A stretch of 64,000 bases of DNA from a virus (lineage: Duplodnaviria; Heunggongvirae; Uroviricota; Caudoviricetes), in IMG/VR virus record IMGVR_UViG_3300042558_002764, positions 106,906-170,905 of that record; one strand, 5' to 3'. How positions within the stretch are numbered: the first letter of the stretch is position 1; each line of letters begins with the position of its first letter. Position numbers and translations under genes: made by a program. Shown here piece by piece: positions 29,671-39,024 of this stretch. Below the pieces are notes generated by a model, which saw only the letters and a list, made by a program, of their open reading frames with translations, was not told the DNA's origin and ran no database searches.

Positions 29671-30054
29671 ATGAAAAAAGTAATTAGACTTACAGAATTA
29701 GATTTAACAAGAATTGTCAAAAGAATTCTTAAAGAAGAGGCTGAAGAAAAAGTTGAGGTAACATATAGTACTTCACATGGTGATATAACTTATATTGGGC
29801 AATTAGGTAGAAACCCTAACGAAGATTTATATTATTTTAAACCAGAGGAAGGTGGGTTTGAATTTATGTCTAATAGTAGTATGAAACCTAATTGGGGTCT
29901 TGAAAAAGAATTTAATAGATTAGTCGGAAAAAAATTAACTGTTGATTATGAATATGGTCCTTCTATTAAATTAGGTGGTCAAATAAATCATGGTAAAATG
30001 TTTATTAAAGGCCTCTTAAACGGTGAGGAGAATGTTAAAATAAAAAAAATTTAA
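29671..30054 (+). CDS. Hypothetical protein.
   Basis: ORF. Confidence 0.45.
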   Translation: MKKVIRLTELDLTRIVKRILKEEAEEKVEVTYSTSHGDITYIGQLGRNPNEDLYYFKPEEGGFEFMSNSSMKPNWGLEKEFNRLVGKKLTVDYEYGPSIKLGGQINHGKMFIKGLLNGEENVKIKKI

Positions 30055-30060
30055 TTTATT

Positions 30061-30094
30061 AAACCCCATCTTTATATAGTTAGGGTTTTTTTTA
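30061..30094 (+). terminator. Possible terminator.
   Basis: AACCC...GGGTT followed by a T8 run. The loop is long. Confidence 0.35.
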
Positions 30095-30124
30095 TGTCTA
30101 AGAATATTTATAAATAAAAACATT

Positions 30125-30583
30125 ATGAAAATTACAAAAACAAGTGAGAAAGGTATTGATTTAATTAAATCTTTTGAAGGATTTATGTCAAAACCTTATT
30201 TATGTCCAGCTAAAATCCCAACAATTGGGTATGGAGCAACTTTTTACCCTGACGGTAAAAAAGTAACCTTAAATGACAAAGCGATTACTGAAGCGGAAGG
30301 TGTTGCGTTATTAAAAAGTATGTTAGTAAAGTTTGAACAATACGTTGATTCTTACTGTGTGGATACAATTAATCAAGGTCAATTTGATGCATTAGTTTCT
30401 TTCGCCTATAACTTAGGTCCAGCTAACTTAAAATCTAGTACATTACTTAAAAAAGTTAATACTGACCCTAACGACCCAACTATTGAAGTTGAATTCTTAA
30501 AATGGACTAAAGCTGGTGGTAAAACACTTAAAGGTTTGGTAAGAAGAAGAGAGGCTGAAGTTAAATTATATTTTAATAAATAA
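30125..30583 (+). CDS. Phage lysozyme (GH24 muramidase, lambda R / P22 gp19 type).
   Basis: The residues FEG...KPY...PTIGYG.T match the GH24 catalytic signature. Confidence 0.75.
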   Translation: MKITKTSEKGIDLIKSFEGFMSKPYLCPAKIPTIGYGATFYPDGKKVTLNDKAITEAEGVALLKSMLVKFEQYVDSYCVDTINQGQFDALVSFAYNLGPANLKSSTLLKKVNTDPNDPTIEVEFLKWTKAGGKTLKGLVRRREAEVKLYFNK

Positions 30584-30589
30584 AAAAAA

Positions 30590-31180
30590 ATGAGTTATAC
30601 AAGAGAACAAATTGAAACAGCAGTTAAATCAAAAGGATACGTTTGGTTTGAAGGCACTAAAGATTACGATGTGAACATTGTAGGGGTAAGAAATTCCGCT
30701 ACTGGAGATAAAGTTACTAATGTATTTGATGATACAATGACTATATCTTATAAAGAAAATGGTGAATGGAAATTCCGCACTTGGTCATGTACAACAGACC
30801 CAGGTAAAAAAGGGGTTATGGAGTATCATAACGCAGCTGGTGTAGCTAGATTAGTGGAAGGTCAGTACAGAGGTTCACACACAATTAGATTACACCAAGG
30901 TAAGTATGAGGCGTTAGGTCAAGCAAAGAATGTTAAAGTTTATCGTGATGCTAATCGTGATATGAAATATGATGAGACTAAAATTACTGAAGGTGTTTAC
31001 GGTATCAATATTCATAAAGCAGGTGCTGATTCTACTTACGTAGAGAATTGGTCAGAAGGTTGTCAAGTATTTAAAAAATCAGCTGATTTTGAAGAATTTA
31101 TGAAAATCTGTAGAAAAGCTAAAGATATTCATGGAAATTCATTTACCTACACTCTTATTGAGTCAAAAGATATTGTTTAA
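30590..31180 (+). CDS. Hypothetical protein, possibly lysis-associated.
   Basis: Start overlaps the lysozyme stop. No confident motif. Confidence 0.45.
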   Translation: MSYTREQIETAVKSKGYVWFEGTKDYDVNIVGVRNSATGDKVTNVFDDTMTISYKENGEWKFRTWSCTTDPGKKGVMEYHNAAGVARLVEGQYRGSHTIRLHQGKYEALGQAKNVKVYRDANRDMKYDETKITEGVYGINIHKAGADSTYVENWSEGCQVFKKSADFEEFMKICRKAKDIHGNSFTYTLIESKDIV

Positions 31181-31234
31181 CAATATTTAAACAGTAAACC
31201 TATAAATCTAAGAAATAGTCATTAATATTAATAA

Positions 31235-31714
31235 ATGGGTAAAATTAATAAGATATCAAAGACTATAGATTTTATAGAGTACATATCAAAAAATATGGAA
31301 AAAGACGATTTAATGTTGTTATATAAAATTAATAATATAACACAAGAAAAATTAGAGTTATTTTTCGATTTTATATACTCACTAAATGAGTTAGTTTTAA
31401 CTACATATATGGGTGATGATGTTACTATCGGTGAAGAAAAGAATAATCATTTTAAATGGTGTTGGTCAAAAGTGATTAGTTCCTTTAAAGAAGAGAGAAT
31501 CTACTTCATCGATGTAACAGAATTATTTAATTATTTTAAAGAGTTTTATAAAGAATCTTTTTATTACGAAGAAGATAAAGATATTGATAGTACAAAAAAG
31601 ATAACCGAGTTTTGGGGACAGTTGTTTGATTTTAGTAAAGGTAAAACAATGTCTGAATATGAAACTCTTTTAGAACTCTACAAAATATTTAATAAAAGTT
31701 TTGTAGTAAATTAA
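31235..31714 (+). CDS. Hypothetical protein.
   Basis: ORF. Confidence 0.45.
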   Translation: MGKINKISKTIDFIEYISKNMEKDDLMLLYKINNITQEKLELFFDFIYSLNELVLTTYMGDDVTIGEEKNNHFKWCWSKVISSFKEERIYFIDVTELFNYFKEFYKESFYYEEDKDIDSTKKITEFWGQLFDFSKGKTMSEYETLLELYKIFNKSFVVN

Positions 31715-31778
31715 TATTATTTTAACCCAATACTGTTTAATTTTAAACAAATTAGGTTAATTTAAATAAAAATGTTTT

Positions 31779-32018
31779 ATGAATTTTAAAGATTTAAATA
31801 TTGTAAGTAACGAACTTATACAGGAAAAATTAAAAGCCGAATCCAATATCGAACACTTGATATTAGATAAAAATTTAAATCCAGAAGAAAAAATAAAAAG
31901 CATAATCAAGGAATTAGGTAGACTAAAAGACGCGTCATTAATGATTACGTATTGGGAGTCTTTTATATCTAATAATTTAATAACCCCTAAAAACGAAGGG
32001 GAAAATAATAATGAATAA
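31779..32018 (+). CDS. Hypothetical small protein.
   Basis: ORF. Confidence 0.35.
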   Translation: MNFKDLNIVSNELIQEKLKAESNIEHLILDKNLNPEEKIKSIIKELGRLKDASLMITYWESFISNNLITPKNEGENNNE

Positions 32019-32030
32019 AAAATAATTAAA

Positions 32031-32216
32031 ATGGAAAAAATTATTGAACTAGAAAATCTTGTAAAATCTTTTAGAGATGATTACGAAAAATTTATTGAAA
32101 AAGGTAATAAAACTGCTGGTACTAGAGCAAGAAAAACTTTACAAGACATTCGTAATGTGGCTAAAGACACTAGAGATGAAATTAGTAACACTAAAAAACA
32201 AATGGTAACACCGTAA
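32031..32216 (+). CDS. Hypothetical small protein.
   Basis: ORF. Confidence 0.35.
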   Translation: MEKIIELENLVKSFRDDYEKFIEKGNKTAGTRARKTLQDIRNVAKDTRDEISNTKKQMVTP

Positions 32217-32419
32217 TGGGAGAATTTTTTTTAAATAAAGTTTTATTAGTTATATTCATAATGGGTGTCTTTAATGTACTTAAACACTCTTGGAATATAA
32301 TAAATGGGTTGAGGTCGGAAGTACCCACTAAATACGAAATCTCTACTTGGGACAGGTTTTTATTGGGTCTTTCTATCTCATACATTATCACAGCATTACT
32401 CACAGGAATTCAATTATAA
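32216..32419 (+). CDS. Small membrane protein.
   Basis: Two hydrophobic segments. Confidence 0.35.
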   Translation: MGEFFLNKVLLVIFIMGVFNVLKHSWNIINGLRSEVPTKYEISTWDRFLLGLSISYIITALLTGIQL

Positions 32420-32868
32420 TGATACAAAAAAGAATAGACAAACTACAACCTTTTTTTAAGGGGTTAAAAGTTGCTGAAGGTTATAGAATAGTTGAGGTTA
32501 ACTTAAGAAAGACTTGGGAAATAGAGGAAACAGATGAAATTCAGGTTTCACAAAAAGAAACCAAAGAACAAGGTTCTCTTTATAATATGTTTTATTCAGA
32601 TACAAAAAGTTTTGATGAAATTTTAGATTATATTGAAGAAAAGGTAATTAACTATAATCTAGAAATTGAGGAAAAAGAAAGATTACTTAAAGCTAAGGTT
32701 GAGGAACTTAAAAGAGTTTTTGAAACAAAAAGTTTAGATGAACTTAATCACCTTAAATTCACTACAGAAGAGAATAATCTAAAGTTGAACGCAAAAAACA
32801 TTATCGCTAATGTTACTACAACAAACGAACAACAAGATAATAACAAAACAACAGAAAAAATTTCTTAA
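32419..32868 (+). CDS. Hypothetical protein. Start moved to the TAATG overlap at 32419.
   Basis: The track start at 32347 overlaps the upstream gene. An ATG at 32419 overlaps the upstream stop. Confidence 0.4.
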   Translation: MIQKRIDKLQPFFKGLKVAEGYRIVEVNLRKTWEIEETDEIQVSQKETKEQGSLYNMFYSDTKSFDEILDYIEEKVINYNLEIEEKERLLKAKVEELKRVFETKSLDELNHLKFTTEENNLKLNAKNIIANVTTTNEQQDNNKTTEKIS

Positions 32869-32869
32869 A

Positions 32870-33268
32870 ATGGGGGTTCCTAAAAATTTTCACCAAACAG
32901 TTAATCTACCTAAAATGGCTGAGGCTTTAAATGAACTAAGTTTTTATGATTTTGAGTATTCAGTGGTTTTAACCGAAAATTATAATAAACAATTACGTGA
33001 AGCCGAAATCCTAGGTCACATCATTGAAACCGATTTAAATGTTATTGGTAGAGGTGGTGATTTAGAATTTAGATGTACAAAAAGTTTTAGTGCTTTAGAT
33101 GACGAAACCGCTAATAATAAAATTACAGAATGGTTAGACACTAAAGTAGATAAGGGTGAGATATCACACTACGAAATAAATGGGATGAATTCTAACACTT
33201 TTTATGAAGAACTAGAAGAAAGACATTTGGATAAATTATTTGTTAAAGAAGAAAAAGGGACTAATTAA
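32870..33268 (+). CDS. Hypothetical protein. Start moved to the ATG at 32870.
   Basis: The previous gene ends at 32868. An internal Met begins MGVPKNF. Confidence 0.4.
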   Translation: MGVPKNFHQTVNLPKMAEALNELSFYDFEYSVVLTENYNKQLREAEILGHIIETDLNVIGRGGDLEFRCTKSFSALDDETANNKITEWLDTKVDKGEISHYEINGMNSNTFYEELEERHLDKLFVKEEKGTN

Positions 33269-33281
33269 GTCCCTTTTTTTA
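33253..33281. terminator. Bidirectional terminator.
   Basis: A5, stem GGGACT/AGTCCC, T7. Sits between convergent genes. Confidence 0.65.
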
Positions 33282-33623
33282 TTCCTCATTAAAGGCTCTT
33301 TCAGCCATTTCCTGAAATGTATGGATTAACCAAGTAGTACCTGAGGCTAACATACCGTCAAAAAATACGGAAGTAACTTCATTAGGTATTGTAAAAAATC
33401 CAAGATTTAAATCTCCTAAACCATAGTACAAACTAGGTGAGAAAAATGTTAATGAAAGGAAGAATCCTGCCCATGTAGGAAAACACATCATACAAGAAAC
33501 TAGTTTACCCCAAAAATTAGGGCTCTTCTTAGTCAAAAACTCTCTCATACTGCCAAATATTGTTCCATAAACAATGATATTTGACAATCCATAACAAACT
33601 AAAATAAATAATAATGTATTCAT
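33279..33623 (-). CDS. Integral membrane protein.
   Basis: Three or four transmembrane helices (LFILVCYGLSNIIVYGTIFG and others). Confidence 0.5.
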   Translation of the reverse strand: MNTLLFILVCYGLSNIIVYGTIFGSMREFLTKKSPNFWGKLVSCMMCFPTWAGFFLSLTFFSPSLYYGLGDLNLGFFTIPNEVTSVFFDGMLASGTTWLIHTFQEMAERAFNEE

Positions 33624-33669
33624 ACTGTATTGTTTTTATATTTATAAGTATAATGAATTTATATATATA

Positions 33670-34104
33670 ATGAAAGAGTCTGTAGGAATTTTAATAATAG
33701 CAAGAGATACAAATAACTTTCTTTTGTTACATAGGTCTGATAGGCCAATAGTATGGTCCATTTTAACGGGTACTATGGATGTTGAAGGTGAGACACCATT
33801 AGATTGTGTTAAAAGAGAGATTGAAGAGGAAATAAGGGTAGATTCTAGTCAAATACAAAACATTAAGTTATTAGATACAATAACAAATGATTACGGTCTT
33901 TTTCATGTCTTTGTTGGGTTTGTTGATGAAGAATTTAAACCTAATCTAAAATTAGATGAAAATGATGATTATATGTGGTCTAATGAAAATAATTTACCAA
34001 AACCAATACATAAAGGTTGGAATAAAACTTTCCAATTAGTAGAACCCATATTAAATTTAAGAGAATCAATTAACAGAAAATTAAACAAATTGTTATATGA
34101 ATAG
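33670..34104 (+). CDS. Nudix hydrolase.
   Basis: Nudix box GTMDVEGETPLDCVKREIEEEIRV, matching GX5EX7REUXEEXGU. Confidence 0.6.
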   Translation: MKESVGILIIARDTNNFLLLHRSDRPIVWSILTGTMDVEGETPLDCVKREIEEEIRVDSSQIQNIKLLDTITNDYGLFHVFVGFVDEEFKPNLKLDENDDYMWSNENNLPKPIHKGWNKTFQLVEPILNLRESINRKLNKLLYE

Positions 34105-34294
34105 AGAAGAATGGGAAATAGAACAAGAAAGAAGAAAAATTGTACAAGACCAATTAGTAACTGAACATAAAAAAAATAAGTTCATTAATGAGATAATGGG
34201 TGGTTTGGGTGAAATCATTAAAAAAGAACCAAATACAGTTCAAAAAAAACTCACTAAATGGGAAAAATTTAAAAAATTAATAGGATGGAATTAA
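34097..34294 (+). CDS. Hypothetical small protein.
   Basis: ORF. Confidence 0.3.
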   Translation: MNREEWEIEQERRKIVQDQLVTEHKKNKFINEIMGGLGEIIKKEPNTVQKKLTKWEKFKKLIGWN

Positions 34295-34521
34295 AAAGTT
34301 TTGTTGATTTTGCTTACTCCATGGTCAATATGGATGAAGTAAAAGCAGGTAAATTCCTTTTACCAAAAGAAATAGTATATGATTTACGTGATGATTTACA
34401 TAGAGAAATCCATAGAGAAATCCAAAGAGAAATTAAAAAAGATAACAACACTAATTTAGACCAAGAGTTTGAGGTAGAAATTTATAACATAAATTTTAAA
34501 TTCTTAAAAAACACTATATAA
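34285..34521 (+). CDS. Hypothetical small protein.
   Basis: ORF. Confidence 0.3.
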   Translation: MELKSFVDFAYSMVNMDEVKAGKFLLPKEIVYDLRDDLHREIHREIQREIKKDNNTNLDQEFEVEIYNINFKFLKNTI

Positions 34522-35123
34522 TGGGTTTAAAATCATATTTACACACAGATTTAGTAGAATGTGGTGTTGATGAGGTCGGTAGAGGTTCGTTAGCTGGACC
34601 TGTTTTTGCGGCAGCAGTAATCCTACCCAAATATTTTACATCTGAACAAATTAAAGACTCAAAAAAACTAACAGAAAAAGGTAGACAAAGAGCTCTTAAA
34701 GAAATTGAAGAAAATGCGATAGCTATTTCAGTTGAGATGGTTGATGTGGAAGGTATCGACACCTACAACATCCAAAACGCAACATTTGGTGCAATGAATA
34801 AAGCTATTACTTCTTTATCAGTTAAACCTGAACATATCTTGGTTGATGGTAATATTTTTGATTCTTTTGAAGAGATACCTTATACTTGTGTTATTAAAGG
34901 TGATAATGAATATCTTTCTATTGCTGCTGCTTCAATTGTAGCTAAAGTTTATCGTGATGAATACATGAACTTTCTCCACGAAAAATTTCCTTCATATAAG
35001 TGGGATAAAAATAAGGGGTATGGAAGTAGTCACCACATTCAAACTATAAAAGAAGAAGGTATAACTAGTCACCATAGAAAAAGTTTTTTAAAGAAAATTT
35101 TAACGACTACTACTTCTATATAG
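34521..35123 (+). CDS. rnhB: Ribonuclease HII.
   Basis: N-terminal GVDEVGRGSLAGPVFAAAVIL is the classic RNase HII active-site motif. Confidence 0.8.
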   Translation: MGLKSYLHTDLVECGVDEVGRGSLAGPVFAAAVILPKYFTSEQIKDSKKLTEKGRQRALKEIEENAIAISVEMVDVEGIDTYNIQNATFGAMNKAITSLSVKPEHILVDGNIFDSFEEIPYTCVIKGDNEYLSIAAASIVAKVYRDEYMNFLHEKFPSYKWDKNKGYGSSHHIQTIKEEGITSHHRKSFLKKILTTTTSI

Positions 35124-35741
35124 TCTATTGTAACCTACACCAGTTACTGAATTCAATTTTTTGTACCATTCTTTTTTATTTTCTTTAGGTACAGAACCAA
35201 AGAAAATAATGTGTTTAACTCTGTTGTCATAGCAATGGATACGTAATCTATTGTACAATCTAGTGGCCTCACTAACATCCTTACAAGTAACCATATTTAA
35301 AGCTAAACCTTCTATAACAATTTTATTATTTAAAATAACAACCTGTTTAGGGTTTTTATCACTTAATTTACTCAACAAAACGTAACTAATAATCTCTTGG
35401 GTGTTTAATTTTCTATTTGCACCCGTTACCGAAAATTGTTCCTCTATTTGATATTCAGAACGGCCTAAAACAACCCAATCAGGGTCCTCCATAAATGATT
35501 CTAATAATTTACCATATTTATCCCGTAGAATAATACTTTTATCACCCTCACCTCTTTTCTTTAAGAGTAAGACATGATAAACTACCTCCGTTAAAACTTT
35601 GTTTTTATAAACTTGTTTTTTCGGATATTGTATTTGTTTATTACTTACGTTTGTAAAACGATAAAGAGCATCATATTCCCGACTATATTTGTATAGTGTT
35701 TTGACTTTCTTATCATTTTCTGTTAATATTATTTCGTACAT
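35100..35741 (-). CDS. Hypothetical protein, minus strand, divergent from dnaJ.
   Basis: 213-aa ORF. Confidence 0.45.
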   Translation of the reverse strand: MYEIILTENDKKVKTLYKYSREYDALYRFTNVSNKQIQYPKKQVYKNKVLTEVVYHVLLLKKRGEGDKSIILRDKYGKLLESFMEDPDWVVLGRSEYQIEEQFSVTGANRKLNTQEIISYVLLSKLSDKNPKQVVILNNKIVIEGLALNMVTCKDVSEATRLYNRLRIHCYDNRVKHIIFFGSVPKENKKEWYKKLNSVTGVGYNRLYRSSSR

Positions 35742-35799
35742 ATTACTTTTTAATATTACATACGTTTACAAAAAATGTCCACACTATTATTATTAACAA

Positions 35800-36732
35800 A
35801 TGAAAGAATATTATGATATTTTAGGTTTAAATGAAGGAGCTAAAGAAGAAGATATAAAAAAGGCATATAGAAAAATGTCTAAAAAATATCACCCAGATTT
35901 AAACCCAAACAACAAAGAGGCTGAAGAAAACTTTAAAAAGGTTGTTGAAGCTTACGAAATATTAACAGGGAAACAAAAACCAAAAAACCAAGGAAATCCT
36001 TTTGGTGGTTTTAACCCTTTCCAAGGAGGTCCACAAAAAGCTAGACCTTTAAAATTAGTTATAGAATTAACCCTTGAGGAATCTTATTATGGTTGTGATA
36101 AGATTATTAATTTCCATTCTACCGAAGCTTGTGACAAATGTCATGGGGAAGGAGGTTTTGAACCACAACAGTGTAACCAATGTGGTGGGAATGGTCATAT
36201 ACAACAAGGCCCATTTTTATTTATGTGTAATAATTGTGGTGGTAACGGTAAATTATTTAAATCTGTTTGTTATCACTGTAATGGTAATGGTGCTGTTAAA
36301 ACGATTAGAAGTGTTGAGGTTAAAGTACCTAGTGGAACAGTTGATGATTCTTTCTTTACCTACCCTGGTTTAGGTGATTGGGTTAAGAATGCCCAAAGGG
36401 GGGATTTGTATTTTATTACCAAGTTAAAACCACATGATGTTTATACTTTAGAAGGTTTAAATCTTAAAAGAAAATTAGACATTCCAATCCTAGACATTTT
36501 ATTAGGTATTGAAAGTGAGTTTAGTACTTTAGATGGTAGTGTTAAAGTAAAGATACCTAAGTTATCTGAGACAAATAAAACGTTTAGATTACGTGGTAAG
36601 GGTTTTGTGGATGGTTCTACTGGTATAACCGGTGATTTATACGTTACATTAAACCCAATAATACCAAAAGAATTATCTGATATTGAAGAATATAAGATAA
36701 GGGAGTTAAAAAATATGCCCAACTTTAGTTAA
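35800..36732 (+). CDS. dnaJ: DnaJ/Hsp40 co-chaperone.
   Basis: J-domain YYDILGL...KKYHPDLNP (HPD). Four CxxCxGxG zinc-finger repeats. C-terminal domain present. Confidence 0.8.
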   Translation: MKEYYDILGLNEGAKEEDIKKAYRKMSKKYHPDLNPNNKEAEENFKKVVEAYEILTGKQKPKNQGNPFGGFNPFQGGPQKARPLKLVIELTLEESYYGCDKIINFHSTEACDKCHGEGGFEPQQCNQCGGNGHIQQGPFLFMCNNCGGNGKLFKSVCYHCNGNGAVKTIRSVEVKVPSGTVDDSFFTYPGLGDWVKNAQRGDLYFITKLKPHDVYTLEGLNLKRKLDIPILDILLGIESEFSTLDGSVKVKIPKLSETNKTFRLRGKGFVDGSTGITGDLYVTLNPIIPKELSDIEEYKIRELKNMPNFS

Positions 36733-36755
36733 AGGATATTTATAATAAAACTTTA

Positions 36756-37955
36756 ATGAAAAAAGTAGAATTACTTAACGAGATAATGGGTGTCCCTAAA
36801 GATTTGGACCCATGGGTTGAATCTTTAACAAAATTACTATTGGATGAGATTAAATCTGAAATAAGAGGTGGTTGGGCCGAAGAAGGTAGATTTAACTACA
36901 CAGACCCAAACACAGGAGAAGAAATAGAAGATTTTGCTAATAAATCAAATGATGTTGAAATATCTGGTGGTGAGGTAATGGATTTTGTTATGAAAGACAA
37001 TGGTTTTAGTGATATGAAAGATTTCCTAAATTCAAAAATGTTTCAATCATTGCCAATATGGAAACCTAGGATAACTTTTAATGTTGTAGGAATACCTTCG
37101 ATAGTGTTAAAACAAGAGGATGGGACAATACAAGCCTCTGTAGGTGGTGAGATAACCCAAAAACTAAGTAAACTAGGTAAACATATGGTTTTATCAAAAC
37201 TATACCTAGATTTTAATGTAATTATTGAAAAAGAAGGTATGTCTACTAAAGATGTTAATGAATTAAGAGAAACTATAGCTCACGAACTTTTACACGTTTA
37301 TCAAAAATGTAAACAATTAAAGGCTGGTAAAGATGTACATTTTGGTAAAGAAACCGCTCTAAATGCTGTGGCTAATAACCATTATTTTAGGGAAATAGGT
37401 ATTGATTGGTGGCGTGATTTTCTTAATTTAGTATACCTACACTTATCTTTTGAGATTAACGCTAGAATTGAACAGTTATATTATAAATTAAAAAATAAGG
37501 ACATTAAAACAACTGATGATTTTGTAAGAGAATTACATAAATCAGAGGTTTGGCGTCAAATGAAGATGTTGGAAGATTTTAACGCTGAAGAATATTTAAA
37601 AAGTTTCCAATTACCGTCAGCTGGTAGTAAACGTAATCCATTATATATGTTACATAAATTAATGAGAGATACACAACTTAAGTCTATGGGAGTAGACACA
37701 AGTTCCAAGGATAGTGCTATAAAATCTTTAATAAACCTTTGGGATACTGTATTAGAGAACGGTGTAAAAGGAATTCAATCTGTTGGGGTAAATATTAGTA
37801 TGGATAAAGTTCCACAAAAAGCTAAAGAAGACCCTTACGTATTTTTTAAATTCTTTGAAAAACGTTTTCATAAAAAAGCTGAAACATGGAAGAAAAAAAT
37901 GTACCGAGTTGGTGCATTAATTTTACAAGAAAACAATGAAGGTACTTTACAATAA
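36756..37955 (+). CDS. Hypothetical protein.
   Basis: ORF. Confidence 0.5.
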   Translation: MKKVELLNEIMGVPKDLDPWVESLTKLLLDEIKSEIRGGWAEEGRFNYTDPNTGEEIEDFANKSNDVEISGGEVMDFVMKDNGFSDMKDFLNSKMFQSLPIWKPRITFNVVGIPSIVLKQEDGTIQASVGGEITQKLSKLGKHMVLSKLYLDFNVIIEKEGMSTKDVNELRETIAHELLHVYQKCKQLKAGKDVHFGKETALNAVANNHYFREIGIDWWRDFLNLVYLHLSFEINARIEQLYYKLKNKDIKTTDDFVRELHKSEVWRQMKMLEDFNAEEYLKSFQLPSAGSKRNPLYMLHKLMRDTQLKSMGVDTSSKDSAIKSLINLWDTVLENGVKGIQSVGVNISMDKVPQKAKEDPYVFFKFFEKRFHKKAETWKKKMYRVGALILQENNEGTLQ

Positions 37956-38005
37956 GTTTTTTTAATAGTAGATTTAATATATAATAAAAATAAAATATTG
38001 TTAAA

Positions 38006-38419
38006 ATGATTAAAGAAGGAAGTAAAGTAAAAGTACATTACACAGGTAAATTTGAAGATAATAATGTTTTCGATTCATCTACAGGTAAAGACCCAATCGA
38101 ATTCGTTGTTGGTGAGGGTAATTTGATTCTTGGTTTTGAACAAGGTGTTATGGGGTTGTCGGCAGGTGATAAAAAAACTGTTGAATTAGAACCAGAGCAA
38201 GCTTATGGACCATATAACGAAGAACTAGTTAACCAAGTACCTCTTGATAGAGTACCTGAAGGAGTACAAGCAGGTCAAATGTTGGAAGCACAAACAGAAG
38301 CGGGGCCAATTCCTGTTGTTGTTACTGATGTAAACGAAGAAACTGTTACCATCGATGCTAATCACCCATTGGCTGGTAGAAAATTGATTTTTGAATTGGA
38401 AATTGTTGAAGTAGCGTAA
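38006..38419 (+). CDS. FKBP-type peptidyl-prolyl cis-trans isomerase (SlyD/FkpB-like).
   Basis: VKVHYTGKFEDNNVFDSS...FVVGEGNLILGFEQGVMGLSAGDKK is an FKBP signature. Confidence 0.7.
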   Translation: MIKEGSKVKVHYTGKFEDNNVFDSSTGKDPIEFVVGEGNLILGFEQGVMGLSAGDKKTVELEPEQAYGPYNEELVNQVPLDRVPEGVQAGQMLEAQTEAGPIPVVVTDVNEETVTIDANHPLAGRKLIFELEIVEVA

Positions 38420-38440
38420 TTTTTAAAAAAATCATAAAAA

Positions 38441-38478
38441 AAATAATCCTATATGTTAATCATGTGGGATTTTTTTTT
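38441..38478 (+). terminator. Possible terminator.
   Basis: Imperfect stem AATCC/GGATT plus a T9 run. Confidence 0.35.
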
Positions 38479-38485
38479 ATCTTTG
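38478..38485 (+). promoter_or_regulatory. -7 box TATCTTTG.
   Basis: 4 nt upstream of the ATG at 38490. Confidence 0.4.
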
Positions 38486-38489
38486 TGTT

Positions 38490-38663
38490 ATGAAAAAACC
38501 CTGTAAAGAATGTCCTCACTTTATCCGTAATCGTCATAATGATATGATTGTGGAGTTCGGTGAAAAAACGGGAAAGAAACACAATTGTCACATGACGGAA
38601 GGAAAAAAAGATTTGTGGAATGTGACGGATAAAAAACTTGAATGTTATGGAAGTAAAAACTAA
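38490..38663 (+). CDS. Small Cys/His-rich protein (57 aa), below the track length cutoff.
   Basis: MKKPCKECPHF...HNCHMTEG...ECYG. Has its own -7 box. Overlaps the start of the ORF at 38638. Confidence 0.25.
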   Translation: MKKPCKECPHFIRNRHNDMIVEFGEKTGKKHNCHMTEGKKDLWNVTDKKLECYGSKN

Positions 38664-38976
38664 ATTTGGAACATATATAGAAATGGAAACAGAAACTAGT
38701 ACAAAAATAAGTACAGATAAACTCGGAGTGTTTGTTGAACGACTTAAAAAAATAGGAATTGATGTAAAACTATCAGGAAATTTTCCTTGGGTTTATCTTG
38801 GTAAAATCAATGGTGTTAGAGTTACTGAAACATTTTATGCTAATCACGGGTTTACTGTGATGTTTCTTCCTAGTAGAATGGATAGTCCACCATCCGAGTT
38901 TACAGACATTACGGAGATTTTTAAATTAATTAGAAAATATACAAAAAAACCTATTGACAAATCAGAAAATAAATAG
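38638..38976 (+). CDS. Hypothetical protein.
   Basis: ORF. Confidence 0.4.
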   Translation: MNVMEVKTKFGTYIEMETETSTKISTDKLGVFVERLKKIGIDVKLSGNFPWVYLGKINGVRVTETFYANHGFTVMFLPSRMDSPPSEFTDITEIFKLIRKYTKKPIDKSENK

Positions 38977-39024
38977 TATAATTTATAACTGTTTTAAAGA
39001 AACCTAATTAAAAAAATAGAAATT

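Noticed and set aside
30590-31180. L,D-transpeptidase or M15 peptidase assignment for the post-lysozyme gene.
   Set aside because: Only vague resemblance (SEGCQVF versus the catalytic S/THGC motif). No HxxxxxxD/H zinc motif. Left as hypothetical.
36074-36373. Alternative-frame plus-strand ORF inside dnaJ.
   Set aside because: The dnaJ frame has strong J-domain and zinc-finger motifs. The alternative frame is hydrophobic low-complexity.
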